A stretch of DNA of 64,000 nucleotides from Candidatus Marinacidobacterales bacterium (GCA_965224085.1 CBDCYI010000011.1:1312001-1376000), one strand, 5' to 3'; shown: positions 41,255 through 51,978, counted from the first letter of the stretch. Notes: a model not told the origin generated them from the letters alone. A program made the numbers and translations.

Positions 41255-43603
41255 GTGAACAAATACGTCTGCGTTCACGGGCATTTTTACCAGCCGCCGC
41301 GGGAAAACCCATGGCTCGAGGCGATCGAGCCGCAGGACTCGGCCGCGCCTTACCACGACTGGAACGCGCGCATCAGCGCCGAGTGCTACGAGCCGAACAC
41401 CGCTTCGCGCATCCTCGACGACGAAGATTGGATCGTCTCGATCGTAAACAACTACAGCCGGATCAGCTTCAACTTCGGTCCGACGCTTCTTTCGTGGATG
41501 GAGCACAAAAACCCTTCCGTCTACCGCGCCATCTTGTCGGCCGATCGCGAGAGCCGCGCGCGGTTCGGAGGCCACGGCTCGGCCCTCGCGCAAGCGTATA
41601 ACCACGTCATCCTGCCGCTCGCGAACGACGAGGACAAAGCGCTCCAAGTCCTCTGGGGCTTGCGAGATTTCGAGCATCGTTTCGGCCGGAAGCCGGAGGG
41701 GATGTGGCTACCTGAGACCGCCGTGGACCTCGGCACGCTCGAAGCGCTAGCGGCACACGATATCCGGTTCACCGTGCTTGCTCCGTCTCAAGCCGCGCGC
41801 ATCCGCCCCATGGGCGCCGCCGGGTGGACAGACGTTTCCGACGCACGTATCGATCCTTCACAGGCTTACGTTCAGCGGCTGCCGTCCGGAAAAAGCATAG
41901 CGCTGTTCTTCTATGACGGTGTTTTGTCACGCGGCGTGGCTTTCGAAGGACTGTTGCATCGCGGCGGGCTCTTCGCGGCACGCCTGGCCGGCGCCGTGCC
42001 GGACGATCGCCCGCGTCTGTCGCACATCGCGACCGACGGCGAGAGTTACGGCCATCACCATCCGCATGGCGACATGGCACTCGCCTATGCGCTCCACGCG
42101 ATCGAATCGCGCGGGATGGCCGAGCTCACCAACTACGGCGCGTTTCTCGAGCGCTTCCCTCCCGAACACGAGGTTGAAGTATTCGACAACACCGCTTGGA
42201 GCTGCGCCCACGGCATCGAGCGTTGGCGGAGCGATTGCGGCTGTCACACCGGCGGGCCAGGCGGCTTCAACCAGAGCTGGCGCGGCCCGCTGCGCGCGGC
42301 GCTCGACCAGCTTCGCGTGCGCGCGCTAGCGGTTTGGGAGGCCGAAGCGTCAGGGCTATTCCGCGAGCCGTCCGAAGCCCTCGACCACTACATCGACGTC
42401 ATCCTGGACCGCTCCCGGCGAACGGTTGACGACTTCGTCGCGACGCATGTCAGCCAAGAGAATCGCGTACCCGCGCTCAAGCTTCTCGAGATGCGTCGCC
42501 AGTTGCAGCTGATGTATACGAGCTGCGGCTGGTTCTTCAGCGATCTCGCCGGCATCGAGACGGTGCAAATCCTGCAATATGCGGGACGCGCCGTCCAGCT
42601 CGCCGAGGATCTCTCGCAAAACGCCACGATCGAGGACGACTTTCTCGGAGCCCTCGAAAAAGCGCGCAGCAACCGCGCGGACGCCGGCAGCGGCCGCGAC
42701 ATCTACGAGAAAAGCGTCAAGCCTTCCAAAGTCACTTGGGAGATGCTCGGCGCACACTACGCGATCAGCTCCGTGTTCGAAGGGTACCCAGACACGACCC
42801 GTCTTTACTGCTACGACATCGAGCGCGAGCAGTTCGAGACCTTCGAGATCGGTCAGCGCAAGCTCGGCATCGGCTGCGCCCGGCTCACTTCCACGATCAC
42901 AGGTTCTTCGGAGCGATTGAGCTTTGCTGTCTTGCACGAGGGCAATCACGAGATCACGGCGGAAGTGCGACGCGGCCGTCACGGCTTTGAAGCGCTCAAG
43001 AAAGCGTTTCATGACAATGGTACGCTCGACCGTTATTTCGGCGACCAAACGTTCGGATTGAGCTCGTTGTTCGGCGACGAGCAGCGCCGCATTGTCGACG
43101 TTCTCACCCGATCGGGGCTGAAGGACGCGGAGGCGACGCATCGAAGTTTTTTCGCGCACCACCAAAAGACGATGAGATTTCTCGCCGAGCTCGGTGTCCC
43201 CCCGCCGAAAGCACTGTCCGTCGCCGCCGAGGTCGTCTTGAACGGGAACCTCCGCCGCGCGCTCGTGCACGAGCCCATCGACGCGGAGACCGTCTCTGAC
43301 CTGTTGAGAAACGCTATCGCGGAAGGTGTACCCCTGGATGAAGCTTCACTCGTCTACGCGGCACGAGAGAGTCTCCATGCCAAAGCGGAGAGCTTTTTTG
43401 AGTCGCCCGAAAACCTCGACCGCCTCGAAGAGCTCCGGCGAAGCGTGGCGGTGATGCTGTCGCTTCCGTTCGAAGTCGATCTGCGGAAGGTGCAGAACCT
43501 CTATTTCCGCTTCTTGTCGGAGAGCGCAGCGGGGTCGAGCGCGTTTCAAGAGTCCTTTCGCACGCTCGGCGAGCAGCTCTCGATCCGGCACCCACGTCCG
43601 TAA
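41255..43603 (+). CDS. GH57 family / DUF3536 glycoside hydrolase
   Basis: HGHFYQPPRENPW; GMWLPETAV; ATDGESYGHH; MYTSCGWFF. Confidence 0.9.
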   Translation: MNKYVCVHGHFYQPPRENPWLEAIEPQDSAAPYHDWNARISAECYEPNTASRILDDEDWIVSIVNNYSRISFNFGPTLLSWMEHKNPSVYRAILSADRESRARFGGHGSALAQAYNHVILPLANDEDKALQVLWGLRDFEHRFGRKPEGMWLPETAVDLGTLEALAAHDIRFTVLAPSQAARIRPMGAAGWTDVSDARIDPSQAYVQRLPSGKSIALFFYDGVLSRGVAFEGLLHRGGLFAARLAGAVPDDRPRLSHIATDGESYGHHHPHGDMALAYALHAIESRGMAELTNYGAFLERFPPEHEVEVFDNTAWSCAHGIERWRSDCGCHTGGPGGFNQSWRGPLRAALDQLRVRALAVWEAEASGLFREPSEALDHYIDVILDRSRRTVDDFVATHVSQENRVPALKLLEMRRQLQLMYTSCGWFFSDLAGIETVQILQYAGRAVQLAEDLSQNATIEDDFLGALEKARSNRADAGSGRDIYEKSVKPSKVTWEMLGAHYAISSVFEGYPDTTRLYCYDIEREQFETFEIGQRKLGIGCARLTSTITGSSERLSFAVLHEGNHEITAEVRRGRHGFEALKKAFHDNGTLDRYFGDQTFGLSSLFGDEQRRIVDVLTRSGLKDAEATHRSFFAHHQKTMRFLAELGVPPPKALSVAAEVVLNGNLRRALVHEPIDAETVSDLLRNAIAEGVPLDEASLVYAARESLHAKAESFFESPENLDRLEELRRSVAVMLSLPFEVDLRKVQNLYFRFLSESAAGSSAFQESFRTLGEQLSIRHPRP

Positions 43604-43608
43604 CGCTC

Positions 43609-45414
43609 ATGGTGACGCATGCTCTCCGAAAGCTTGCCCGGAGCTACGGCGTCCAGACGAACTATCGCGACGTCGATGCGCGCCGCATCGAAGTCGAGCC
43701 CGACGTCCTCACCGCCGTGCTGCGAACGCTCGGCGCTTCGATCGAGCACGCCCAACATACTCAAGATGCAGACGACGCATTGCGGCGCAAACGGCGCACG
43801 TCATGCCAACGCATACTCGAGCCGGTCACCACAATATGGGATGGCGACGTCGGCGGCGTGCGCATGGTCCTGCCCGCCGAGCTGTCGTCAAAGACCTTCA
43901 AAGCGACGCTCTATCTCGAGGACGGCCAGGAGCGCGACTGGTCTCCGAGCGCCCGCACGCTCGTGCGCGCCCGCGAGGTCGATGGGACCCGCTATTTGTG
44001 GACACGGCTTCCTCTTCCCTCGCTTCCCTACGGCTACCATCGACTACATGTCTCGATGGGGTCCATCGACACAGAAACTTTTCTCCTTCGCGCGCCGACG
44101 CGTGCCTATCTAGATCCCGCGCGCGGAAAACGGTGGGGGCTCTTTGCGCCGCTCTACGCGCTCCACAGCAACCACTCCGCGGGCATTGGTAACTTCGGTG
44201 ACCTCCGGCGCTTCGCGGAGCTGACGCTCGCGCATGGCGGCGCGTTCGTCGCCACGCTGCCGTTGCTCGCGTCCCATCCCGACGAGCCGAGCCCCTACGC
44301 GCCGGTGAGCCGCCTCTTCTGGAACGAGCTCTACGTCGATGCCGGTACGGCGGCTCCCAAGACGCCGAGCAAGCTCCTCGACTACCCCGAGCTCCATGCC
44401 GCGACGCGTCGCACGATGGGAGACGATGGGAGGCGCGCGAGTGACGTCGCGGCTTTCCAAGCACGATTTCCGCTAGCGCTCGACTATGCTCGGTTCCGCG
44501 CGGCCGCGGAAGCGCACGGCACCAACTGGACGCACTGGCCGGACAAGCTCCGCGACGGGCTCATTGAGGAAGCCGAAGCCGGCGTCGACGACGACGCCGT
44601 TCGCTATCATCTTTATAGCCAAATGCTCGCCGAAGAGCAGCTCGCCCAGATCGCGGCCGGAAACGCCCAGCTCTGCTTCGACTTACCGCTTGGCGTCCAC
44701 CGCTTCGGCTACGACACGTGGCGTGAGCAAACGCTCTTTGCCCACGATATCGACGTCGGAGCGCCCCCCGACGCCGCCTTTCCGGACGGCCAGAATTGGA
44801 ACTTCCCTCCCGTTCTGCCCGAAAAAAGCCGTGCGCAAAACCACCGGCACGTCCGCCTCGTTTATCGGCACGCGATGCGTCACGCCGACATCCTCCGCAT
44901 CGACCACGTCATGGGACTTCACCGCCAGTTCTGGATCCCGCGCGGTGCAGGCGTCGCCGACGGCGTCTATGTCCGTTATCCGGCTGAGGAGCTCTACGCA
45001 ATACTCAGCATCGAATCCCATCGCGCGCGCTCGGAGCTCGTCGGCGAGAATCTAGGTCTCGTCCCGAACGTGGTCACCGAGTGTCTCGCCCGTCACGGCT
45101 TCCGCGGGCTCTACGTGGCGCAGCTAACACCCGACGCGCCGATCCCGCCGGGCTCGGTGGCGAGCTTGAACACGCACGATACCGCTCTTTTCGCAACGAC
45201 TGGAGACGATCTCGAGACTGCGCTCGAAAAGCTCCTGAAGAGCGAAGCGGATCTCGTCAGCGTGACGGTCGAAGATCTTTGGCACGAAACCCGTCGGCAA
45301 AACGTCCCGGGCACCAAGGACGAACACCCGAACTGGCGGCGCCCGCTAAGCCACACACTCGAGGAGATCGAAGCCCAGCTCGGAGCAACCCTCGATCGTC
45401 TGACTCGCGACTGA
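43609..45414 (+). CDS. malQ: 4-alpha-glucanotransferase (GH77)
   Basis: GAPPD; GQNW; LRIDHVMG; VGENLG; THD; NVPGT...NWRR. Confidence 0.92.
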   Translation: MVTHALRKLARSYGVQTNYRDVDARRIEVEPDVLTAVLRTLGASIEHAQHTQDADDALRRKRRTSCQRILEPVTTIWDGDVGGVRMVLPAELSSKTFKATLYLEDGQERDWSPSARTLVRAREVDGTRYLWTRLPLPSLPYGYHRLHVSMGSIDTETFLLRAPTRAYLDPARGKRWGLFAPLYALHSNHSAGIGNFGDLRRFAELTLAHGGAFVATLPLLASHPDEPSPYAPVSRLFWNELYVDAGTAAPKTPSKLLDYPELHAATRRTMGDDGRRASDVAAFQARFPLALDYARFRAAAEAHGTNWTHWPDKLRDGLIEEAEAGVDDDAVRYHLYSQMLAEEQLAQIAAGNAQLCFDLPLGVHRFGYDTWREQTLFAHDIDVGAPPDAAFPDGQNWNFPPVLPEKSRAQNHRHVRLVYRHAMRHADILRIDHVMGLHRQFWIPRGAGVADGVYVRYPAEELYAILSIESHRARSELVGENLGLVPNVVTECLARHGFRGLYVAQLTPDAPIPPGSVASLNTHDTALFATTGDDLETALEKLLKSEADLVSVTVEDLWHETRRQNVPGTKDEHPNWRRPLSHTLEEIEAQLGATLDRLTRD

Positions 45415-45418
45415 GACG

Positions 45419-45796
45419 CTAGTCGATCGTCGCGATCGCTTCGATCTCGATTTGAAAGCCGTGGTGAAGTTCCTTTACTGGCACGGCCGCGCGCGCAGGT
45501 CGAAACAAGCTGAAGAACCCCGCGTAAACGTCGTTCACGCTGTCCCACAAATCGATGTCCGAGACATAGACGGTTGTCTTCAAGATCCTCGACTTGTCTG
45601 AGCCGGCCGCCTCGACCACGGCCAATACGTTCTCGAGCACTTGTTGGGTTTGCTCTTCGATCGAGCCCTTAATCTTTTCTCCCGTCTCGGGTACGATTGG
45701 AAGCTGGCCGGACACGAAGAGGAAGCCGCCTTGCGACACGCCTTGGGCGTAGTGTCCCCCCGGCTTCGGAGCTTTGTTGGTCTCGATGCGTCTCAC
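45419..45796 (-). CDS. RidA/YjgF family deaminase
   Basis: GHYAQG; VSGQLP; PARAAV; IEIEAIA. Confidence 0.9.
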   Translation of the reverse strand: MRRIETNKAPKPGGHYAQGVSQGGFLFVSGQLPIVPETGEKIKGSIEEQTQQVLENVLAVVEAAGSDKSRILKTTVYVSDIDLWDSVNDVYAGFFSLFRPARAAVPVKELHHGFQIEIEAIATID

Positions 45797-47496
45797 TCCG
45801 CTCCTCTCGTCGGCGCCGACTTCGGGGAATAGTCGAGCTTTTTACCGTCCACCGTGAGCTCGGGGCCATGGGGCCGTGCGAGACGTCCGCCGGGGCCGAA
45901 GGCCACGACCGAGGAAGCGAGCTTGTCGTTCGAGCGCTTCTTCCCAACGGCGCGTGGCTCGTCGCCATAGAAGCTGTCCACGTGGATCGTTTGCGTGGGG
46001 AAAGCGAACTCGACGCCAACCTCGTCCGCAAGCCGAAGAATTTCGAGAAAAAAGTTGTGTTTTTCGCGAAGTTCTTCGGTCCAGTTTTGAACGTCGAGAA
46101 AGCAATAGACCATCACGTTCAGCGAAGAATCACCGAAGCCGTTGAAGTGGATCTCGTGGAAGTCCTGGCGCATGTACCCATTCGCTTGAATGGCCGCGCG
46201 AATACCTTCGACGAAAGCCTGCATCTGCTCCGCCGTCGTACTGTAAGTGAGGCCGATCACTTCCTTGATGCGACGGTAGCGCCGCATGCCCATGTTGTCG
46301 ACATCGGTGTTGGCGAGCTTCGAGTTGGGGATGCTCACGACGGAGTTATAGAACGTCCGGACGCGTGTCGAGCGGAAGCCGACTTCTTCGACGGTGCCTT
46401 CGACGTTTCCCATCACGATCCAATCTCCGATTCGAAACGGCTTGTCGGCGAAGATCGTGACCGAGCCGAAGAGGTTCGCGAGCGTATCTTGAGCGGCGAG
46501 CGCAACAGCGACGCCGCCAATCCCGAGCCCCGCGAGGATAGAGCTCACCGAATAGCCGAAGCTCTGTACGAGGACGAGGGCGCCGATGGTGAACGCGAAA
46601 ACTTTGAGCGACTTTCGCAACATCGGAACGAGCTGATCGTCGAGCTTGGTCTCGGTCCGGGCAGTGATACGGAGCAAGTGATCGCAGAGAAAGTCGACGA
46701 TTTTGAACGAAAGCCAGAGAAGGCTAGTCGCCACCATCAAGTCGAGGACGAACTTGATGGCCGCGTTCATGCGTACGGGAAGCTGCAAATCCGCGTAGAA
46801 AGCCAGGAGAATAAGAGTGAAGACGAGAAAAGCGAGCGGCCGGACCGATTGCAAGACGATGTTCTCGTCCCAGGTCGGCGGTGTGTGCTTCTCGAGCCAT
46901 TTTGCGATCTTGCGAAGAAAGAACTCGGAAATTTTGCGGATGACGAACGCGAAGAGCAGAAGAAGAAAAACGCCCACCAATTGCCAAAGCGCCATGCCGA
47001 GAATTCGCGTCTGGAAGATTGCGGGCAGGTTGCCGATCAGATATTGCGCGGACGCACTGAACGATCGTGCATAGAGAGCGGGCGTGGCCGACAAGGTCTC
47101 GCGCGAGAAGAGCCAGCGCTCATCGACCTTGATGAGATAGACCCCAGGCAGACGTACGGGGAACAACCCGTACCGGCTCCGGCCGCTCGACTCGTCGACA
47201 TAGTCCGGATCGGACGGGATGTCTTCCACCCGAACGATGAGTCCACGAGCATCGAGCACGGCCTTCAGCTGGCGCGCGAGCTCTCGACGGCGCTCGGCAG
47301 AGTGGTTCGGGTTGATGGCCATGCCCTCGGCAGCGATATCCATTTCGATGGTGGGCGGGTTCTGCCAGGCCAGGAAGTTTTGGATGACCGATTGCGGGTT
47401 AGCGAGCCGTTCGGCAGCACCGTCACTTTGGCCGGAAGCGACAGCCGCTAGACACAAAGCCGCGGCAAAAGTCAGGAACAATACGCGTGGTCGCAT
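45793..47496 (-). CDS. MscS family mechanosensitive channel with N-terminal periplasmic domain
   Basis: GLGIGGVAVALAAQD; DKPFRIGD; GFRSTRVRT; FAFPTQT. Confidence 0.92.
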   Translation of the reverse strand: MRPRVLFLTFAAALCLAAVASGQSDGAAERLANPQSVIQNFLAWQNPPTIEMDIAAEGMAINPNHSAERRRELARQLKAVLDARGLIVRVEDIPSDPDYVDESSGRSRYGLFPVRLPGVYLIKVDERWLFSRETLSATPALYARSFSASAQYLIGNLPAIFQTRILGMALWQLVGVFLLLLFAFVIRKISEFFLRKIAKWLEKHTPPTWDENIVLQSVRPLAFLVFTLILLAFYADLQLPVRMNAAIKFVLDLMVATSLLWLSFKIVDFLCDHLLRITARTETKLDDQLVPMLRKSLKVFAFTIGALVLVQSFGYSVSSILAGLGIGGVAVALAAQDTLANLFGSVTIFADKPFRIGDWIVMGNVEGTVEEVGFRSTRVRTFYNSVVSIPNSKLANTDVDNMGMRRYRRIKEVIGLTYSTTAEQMQAFVEGIRAAIQANGYMRQDFHEIHFNGFGDSSLNVMVYCFLDVQNWTEELREKHNFFLEILRLADEVGVEFAFPTQTIHVDSFYGDEPRAVGKKRSNDKLASSVVAFGPGGRLARPHGPELTVDGKKLDYSPKSAPTRGAE

Positions 47497-47521
47497 GTTT
47501 CTCCTCTCCTAGAGGCCTGTA

Positions 47522-48967
47522 TTATGTGCGATCCGACCGGCGCCACAACGAAGCGAAGAGACAGAGCGCCGCGACGACCCAAATCGCGACCGAAAGACGA
47601 CTCGAAAACAGGATCTCCCAGCCGCCACCACTGATGGCCATGGCTCTGCGAAGACTCTTCTCCATCAATCCTCCGAGCACGAAACCGAGCACGACCGGCG
47701 CGAGCGGAAAACCGCCTTTGCGAAGCGCGTAGCCCACGATGCCGAAAAGCCCCATGAGCCCGATGTCGAAACTGCTTCGATTTACGGCGTAGACCGCGAC
47801 GACGCTCAGCACGACGATCATCGGTTGGAGAAACCAGCGCGGGACGGACAAAATGCGGATGAAGACGCCGACGAGTGGCAAGTTGAGCGCGAGTAGAACG
47901 ACGTTACCGATGATCATCGAGCCGACGAGCGCCCAGAACACGTCGGGATGGTGGGTCAAGAATAGTGGGCCGGGACGCACCCCAATCGCGAGGAGCGCGC
48001 CGAGGAGCACCGCTGTCGTCCCGCTCCCGGGAACGCCGAGCGTCAGAAGCGGGATCATCGCCCCTGTGCTCGCGGCGTTGTTCGCCGCTTCGGGCGCCGC
48101 AACGCCTTTGAGCCCGAGGGGCCGATTGTTATTGAGGCGCTTCTCCGCCGCATAAGCAGCAAAGCTCGCTATCGTGCCGCCGGCTCCGGGTAAAACGCCA
48201 ACCAAGAAACCGAGGATCGTGCCGCGCAACATCGTGCCCTTGGCCGTGAACCATTCTGTCAGCTTGGCCCGGTGCACATTTACCGGCCTCTGTTTCTCGT
48301 CCGGGCTCTCGAGAGCGAGCAGCACTTCGCTCATCGCGAACAGGCCAATCGTGAGCACAACGAAGTCGATCCCGTCGAGAAGACGCAGCTCCCCGAAAGT
48401 GTAGCGCGCGACGGCGCTGTTCGGGTCGAAGCCCACCGTCGCGAGTGCCAGACCGAGCAAAGTCGCCACCGCACCTTTCAAAACGCTCGCGCCCGAAAGC
48501 GAGGAAAGGACCGAGAGTGCTAAAACCATCAGAGAAAAATATTCCGCGGGGCCGAAGCGGAGCGCCCATGAACAGAGCAGTGGCGCGAACAAAGCCAGGC
48601 CGAGAATCGATAGCGTCCCGCCGAAGAAAGACGCGACCGCCGACATCGCGAGCGCGCTCCCTCCTTCACCTCTTTGCGTCAGAGCATAGCCGTCGATCGC
48701 CGTCACCGTCGCCGATGCCGTGCCCGGCACATTGAGCAGGATTGTGCTGATCGAGTTTCCGTATTGCGAGCCGTAATAAATCGCGGTGAGCACGATGAGA
48801 ATCGATTCGGGCGGCAAGTCGAGTGCGAGTGCTAAGGGTATGAGAATGGCGATGGCATTGATGGGGCCGATACCGGGAAGCATTCCGACGCTCGTGCCGA
48901 CGAACGCGCCGAACGTCGCGAGAGCAACGTTCAGCGGCTTCAGCGCAAGCGCAAGACCCTCCCCCAT
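47522..48967 (-). CDS. tctA: Tripartite tricarboxylate transporter TctA
   Basis: GMLPGIG; ILLNVPG; PEAANNA; LTLGVPGS. Confidence 0.92.
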   Translation of the reverse strand: MGEGLALALKPLNVALATFGAFVGTSVGMLPGIGPINAIAILIPLALALDLPPESILIVLTAIYYGSQYGNSISTILLNVPGTASATVTAIDGYALTQRGEGGSALAMSAVASFFGGTLSILGLALFAPLLCSWALRFGPAEYFSLMVLALSVLSSLSGASVLKGAVATLLGLALATVGFDPNSAVARYTFGELRLLDGIDFVVLTIGLFAMSEVLLALESPDEKQRPVNVHRAKLTEWFTAKGTMLRGTILGFLVGVLPGAGGTIASFAAYAAEKRLNNNRPLGLKGVAAPEAANNAASTGAMIPLLTLGVPGSGTTAVLLGALLAIGVRPGPLFLTHHPDVFWALVGSMIIGNVVLLALNLPLVGVFIRILSVPRWFLQPMIVVLSVVAVYAVNRSSFDIGLMGLFGIVGYALRKGGFPLAPVVLGFVLGGLMEKSLRRAMAISGGGWEILFSSRLSVAIWVVAALCLFASLWRRSDRT

Positions 48968-49377
48968 CAAAAGCCCCGCGGGAGTGGAATCGAGAGGACG
49001 TACACGAACAGCACGAAGATGGAAAGGCTCAGCAGAAAGCTCAGGACGACGCCGCGGCGAATCGGTCCAAAGAAGAGAGCGACCACAGCGCTCGAGAGCA
49101 TCGTCGTCGCAACTACAAAACCCAAACGATCCACCACGACGACATAAACGAAAAGCCCGGCGACAAGAGCGACGTGGCGCCATGACACAGGCGGCAGCCC
49201 ACCCGAAGGCTGCTTTGCCGAGAGCGCCACGCTCGTCGCCAACAACAGCGTGCCGATCGCGTACGGAAAAGCGCTCGGTCCGATAGGGTCCGCGATGAAG
49301 CCGGCCTCGAATCCGCGCGCAAGCCACACATAGCCGAGCGCCCCAACGAAGACAAGCCCCGCGACGAGCCTGTCCAT
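48967..49377 (-). CDS. tctB: Tripartite tricarboxylate transporter TctB
   Basis: DPIGPSAFP; four TM helices; LSIPLPRG; lies between tctC and tctA. Confidence 0.88.
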   Translation of the reverse strand: MDRLVAGLVFVGALGYVWLARGFEAGFIADPIGPSAFPYAIGTLLLATSVALSAKQPSGGLPPVSWRHVALVAGLFVYVVVVDRLGFVVATTMLSSAVVALFFGPIRRGVVLSFLLSLSIFVLFVYVLSIPLPRGF

Positions 49378-50303
49378 CACGGCACGAGCCCGAGCGCGGC
49401 CGTGAGCACTTCGAAGCTCGCGACTTGCTCGTCGACGAACGCTTCGAACGCCTCGCCCGCAAGGAAGAACTCCGAGAGTCCGGTGCGTGCGCGCAGCGCT
49501 TCCCACTCCGGTGAAGCTGCTACGCTTTCGAGCACCTCTACCCAGTGATCGTAGCGCGCCTCGTCGATCCCGGTGGGCGCGTAAAAACCGCGCCACACGA
49601 TCCAACTGACGTCGTAGCCGAGCTCGCGTGCCGTGGGAATGCCGTCCAAAGCGTCGAGCCGGTCGGGAGAAAGCGCCGCAAGCACACGCACCTCGGAAGC
49701 TTCGAAAAGACTCAGGATTTCCGAGACATCGAGGGGCACAACCGACACGAAGCCGCCGAGAAGTGCCGTGACCGCTTCGCCCCCTCCATCGAACGGTACG
49801 TAGCGGATCGCCCTTGGATCGATGCCGGCCTCGCGCGCGAGCACGAGAAGCTTCATGTGATCTTGTCCGCCAACCGGGCTCCCGCCCGCGGCAACGATCT
49901 CGGACGGCGCCCGACGCCACGCATCGAGGAGTTCCTCGAAACTCCTCCACGGCGCGTCGCGACCGACGGCGATGACACCGTAGTCCGCCGCGACCGCGGC
50001 AAGCCAACGCACGTCTTCAGCTTGGAAGGCGCCGAACTGTCCTTGCGCAAGGCGAAGCGTCGTCGCGGGGCTCGCTGCGACGATGAGGTTCGGATCGCCC
50101 TCACGCTCCGCCACGACGTGGGCAAAGGCGATGCCACCGCCGGCACCCGGGACATTCCGCACACGCATCGATGTGCCGTCGAGAACTTGTGCTACGGCGC
50201 GACAGGTGAGATCCCATCCGCCACCCGGGTTCGCGGGCGCGAGACATTCGGGACCCGGCTCGACACAGCTACCTGAGATCAGTGCGAGACACGCGATAGC
50301 CAT
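49377..50303 (-). CDS. tctC: Tripartite tricarboxylate transporter substrate-binding protein TctC
   Basis: PANPGGGWDLTCR; NVPGAGG; YVPFDGGGEA; lipoprotein-like signal. Start may be GTG 50324. Confidence 0.9.
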   Translation of the reverse strand: MAIACLALISGSCVEPGPECLAPANPGGGWDLTCRAVAQVLDGTSMRVRNVPGAGGGIAFAHVVAEREGDPNLIVAASPATTLRLAQGQFGAFQAEDVRWLAAVAADYGVIAVGRDAPWRSFEELLDAWRRAPSEIVAAGGSPVGGQDHMKLLVLAREAGIDPRAIRYVPFDGGGEAVTALLGGFVSVVPLDVSEILSLFEASEVRVLAALSPDRLDALDGIPTARELGYDVSWIVWRGFYAPTGIDEARYDHWVEVLESVAASPEWEALRARTGLSEFFLAGEAFEAFVDEQVASFEVLTAALGLVP

Positions 50304-50320
50304 GAGCCTCGCCACGAAAC

Positions 50321-50716
50321 TCACTTTTTCGCGGGCAACGGTCGTCTGTCTTCGGCGAGCGCCGCGACCAGCTTCTTGGGCGCCACTGCCCGATAACTCT
50401 CCTCGACCCATTCGCAAAGCATGTCCTTGGGAGGTTTCTCTTGCGGATCGAACCGGGCCGTGACCCAGCCGCTCTTGCCGAGACCGTAGCCCGTCGACTC
50501 GGTAAACGGCAGCATCAGCGCGATGATCTGGGATTCTGGGAGCTTGACGGATAGCGACAGCCCACCGTCACCGAGTCCCATGAAAACGAATACTTTTTTG
50601 CGGACCTTGATGACACGCTCGCCCCACGGGAAGTCTTCATGCGTCTCGGGAAAGCCGAGCGCGAAGCCGCGAAGCGCCGCTTCAACTCTTTGTGCCGGGC
50701 TCGTTCGTTTTGCCAC
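50321..50716 (-). CDS. MmcQ/YjbR family protein
   Basis: EDFPWGERVIKVRKKVF; YGLGKSGWV; ESYRAVAPKKL. Confidence 0.88.
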   Translation of the reverse strand: MAKRTSPAQRVEAALRGFALGFPETHEDFPWGERVIKVRKKVFVFMGLGDGGLSLSVKLPESQIIALMLPFTESTGYGLGKSGWVTARFDPQEKPPKDMLCEWVEESYRAVAPKKLVAALAEDRRPLPAKK

Positions 50717-50846
50717 GCGTCATAGTACAAGACGAGGCGAAACCGGCGCAGCACGCTCCCGCGGACAGGCTTTCTCATGGCTCGCCGTCGTGCGAAAATA
50801 GGCGAGGTTCGAGAGCACGATCTTCGCCGTCACTTGCGACACCGAT

Positions 50847-50923
50847 GCGCCTGTAGCTCAGTAGGATAGAGCGACGGATTCCTAATCCGTAGGTCGCAGG
50901 TTCAAGTCCTGCCAGGCGTACCA
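50847..50923 (+). tRNA. tRNA-Arg (anticodon CCT)
   Basis: Cloverleaf GCGCCTG...; anticodon arm ACGGA-TTCCTAA-TCCGT; T arm GGTTCAAGTCC; encoded CCA. Confidence 0.97.
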
Positions 50924-50983
50924 TTTACAGGCCTTGAAGAAGCGTGATGTGACGAATGGAATCCTCTCGTCCAATAGCGCCCC

Positions 50984-51046
50984 CTAGGCACGGTCGTCGC
51001 TGAGAATCCACTTGGCGTAGTGGTCGAGCGTCGTCGTTAAGCTCGA
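50984..51046 (-). mobile_element. Remnant of a tyrosine integrase C-terminus next to the tRNA
   Basis: Translates SSLTTTLDHYAKWILSDDRA*, matching the box II (LGH)S...TT..Y catalytic-Tyr region; converges on the tRNA 3' end. Confidence 0.65.
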
Positions 51047-51198
51047 ACAAGACGCCGTGATACTATCAGCCCGCAGCGGTAAGGAAGCGCTCTCGACGTT
51101 CGCTTCCATTGGGCGAATCTTTTCTTGGCTCGCTCTTCGACAGATTCGTCCGTCGCACTAGGGCGCAGAGCTTCGACGCGCCCGAAAACAAACTTCGC

Positions 51199-51978
51199 CT
51201 AATCGTCCGAGCTGTCGTCGTCCGAGCTGTTGTCATCGTTCCGCACGCGCTCGATCACGATCTTGGCTACGGGATCACTCCAGCCATGAACATTAGGAAG
51301 CAGATCGACGCCTCCAATAATTCCAACGTGGGGTATGATGACCCCGTCCTCAACAAGCATAGGGTCACTCATGAACGTTCCCATGTCAGGCGACGAAACG
51401 CCAATGAGTCCCTGGCAGGGTGGCACCATATCTTTGAAGTCTTCTGTGTTCGGCTCCTTTCTAGCGTCATAGGCGACCGAAAAAACAGTCAGCTTTTTCC
51501 TAGGTAGCCTAATGCTGTCGAGACCCGTAAACCCATCATTGGTGCAGATGAGCATGCTTGCAAAGGACAAATACCTAGCGCTTCCGCGAGCTCTAATCAT
51601 GAAAGTCGCTGAGCTATCAAACCCTGTTCCACCCGGGTTATTGGCTGGAACAATGGGGACCGCGCCGTCTACGACATCATGCACAGCAGGATCCCCACCG
51701 AGAGTGGCCAAGAGGGGCATATTGTTTCCGTTTTCTGCGATGGCTTGTATGTCTGTGCTAGCGGCTTCTCCAATAGTGAAAATCCCAGTCGTTGCGCGAT
51801 GAGTTAGTACGACGGGCGGCGTAAACGGCTGCCCCGGCGTGAGATTGGTTATTGTTATTCTGTATTTATCGCCCCCGTCCGTCTTTGCGCGGCCAGGCAC
51901 AAGTAGGATTGAGGCGATACCGACGATGATTAGAGTGGTGACAGTTCTTTGTTTTGGATGCACGAGAAATCTCCCCAT
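51199..51978 (-). CDS. Spondin_N domain secreted protein
   Basis: YRITITNLTPGQPFTPP; IAENG; SMLICTNDGFTG; YDA...EPN. Confidence 0.8.
   Translation of the reverse strand: MGRFLVHPKQRTVTTLIIVGIASILLVPGRAKTDGGDKYRITITNLTPGQPFTPPVVLTHRATTGIFTIGEAASTDIQAIAENGNNMPLLATLGGDPAVHDVVDGAVPIVPANNPGGTGFDSSATFMIRARGSARYLSFASMLICTNDGFTGLDSIRLPRKKLTVFSVAYDARKEPNTEDFKDMVPPCQGLIGVSSPDMGTFMSDPMLVEDGVIIPHVGIIGGVDLLPNVHGWSDPVAKIVIERVRNDDNSSDDDSSDD

Noticed and set aside
45697-47451. 584-aa plus-strand ORF
   Set aside because: It is the antisense shadow of the MscS gene, has no recognisable motifs, and such ORFs are common in GC-rich DNA.
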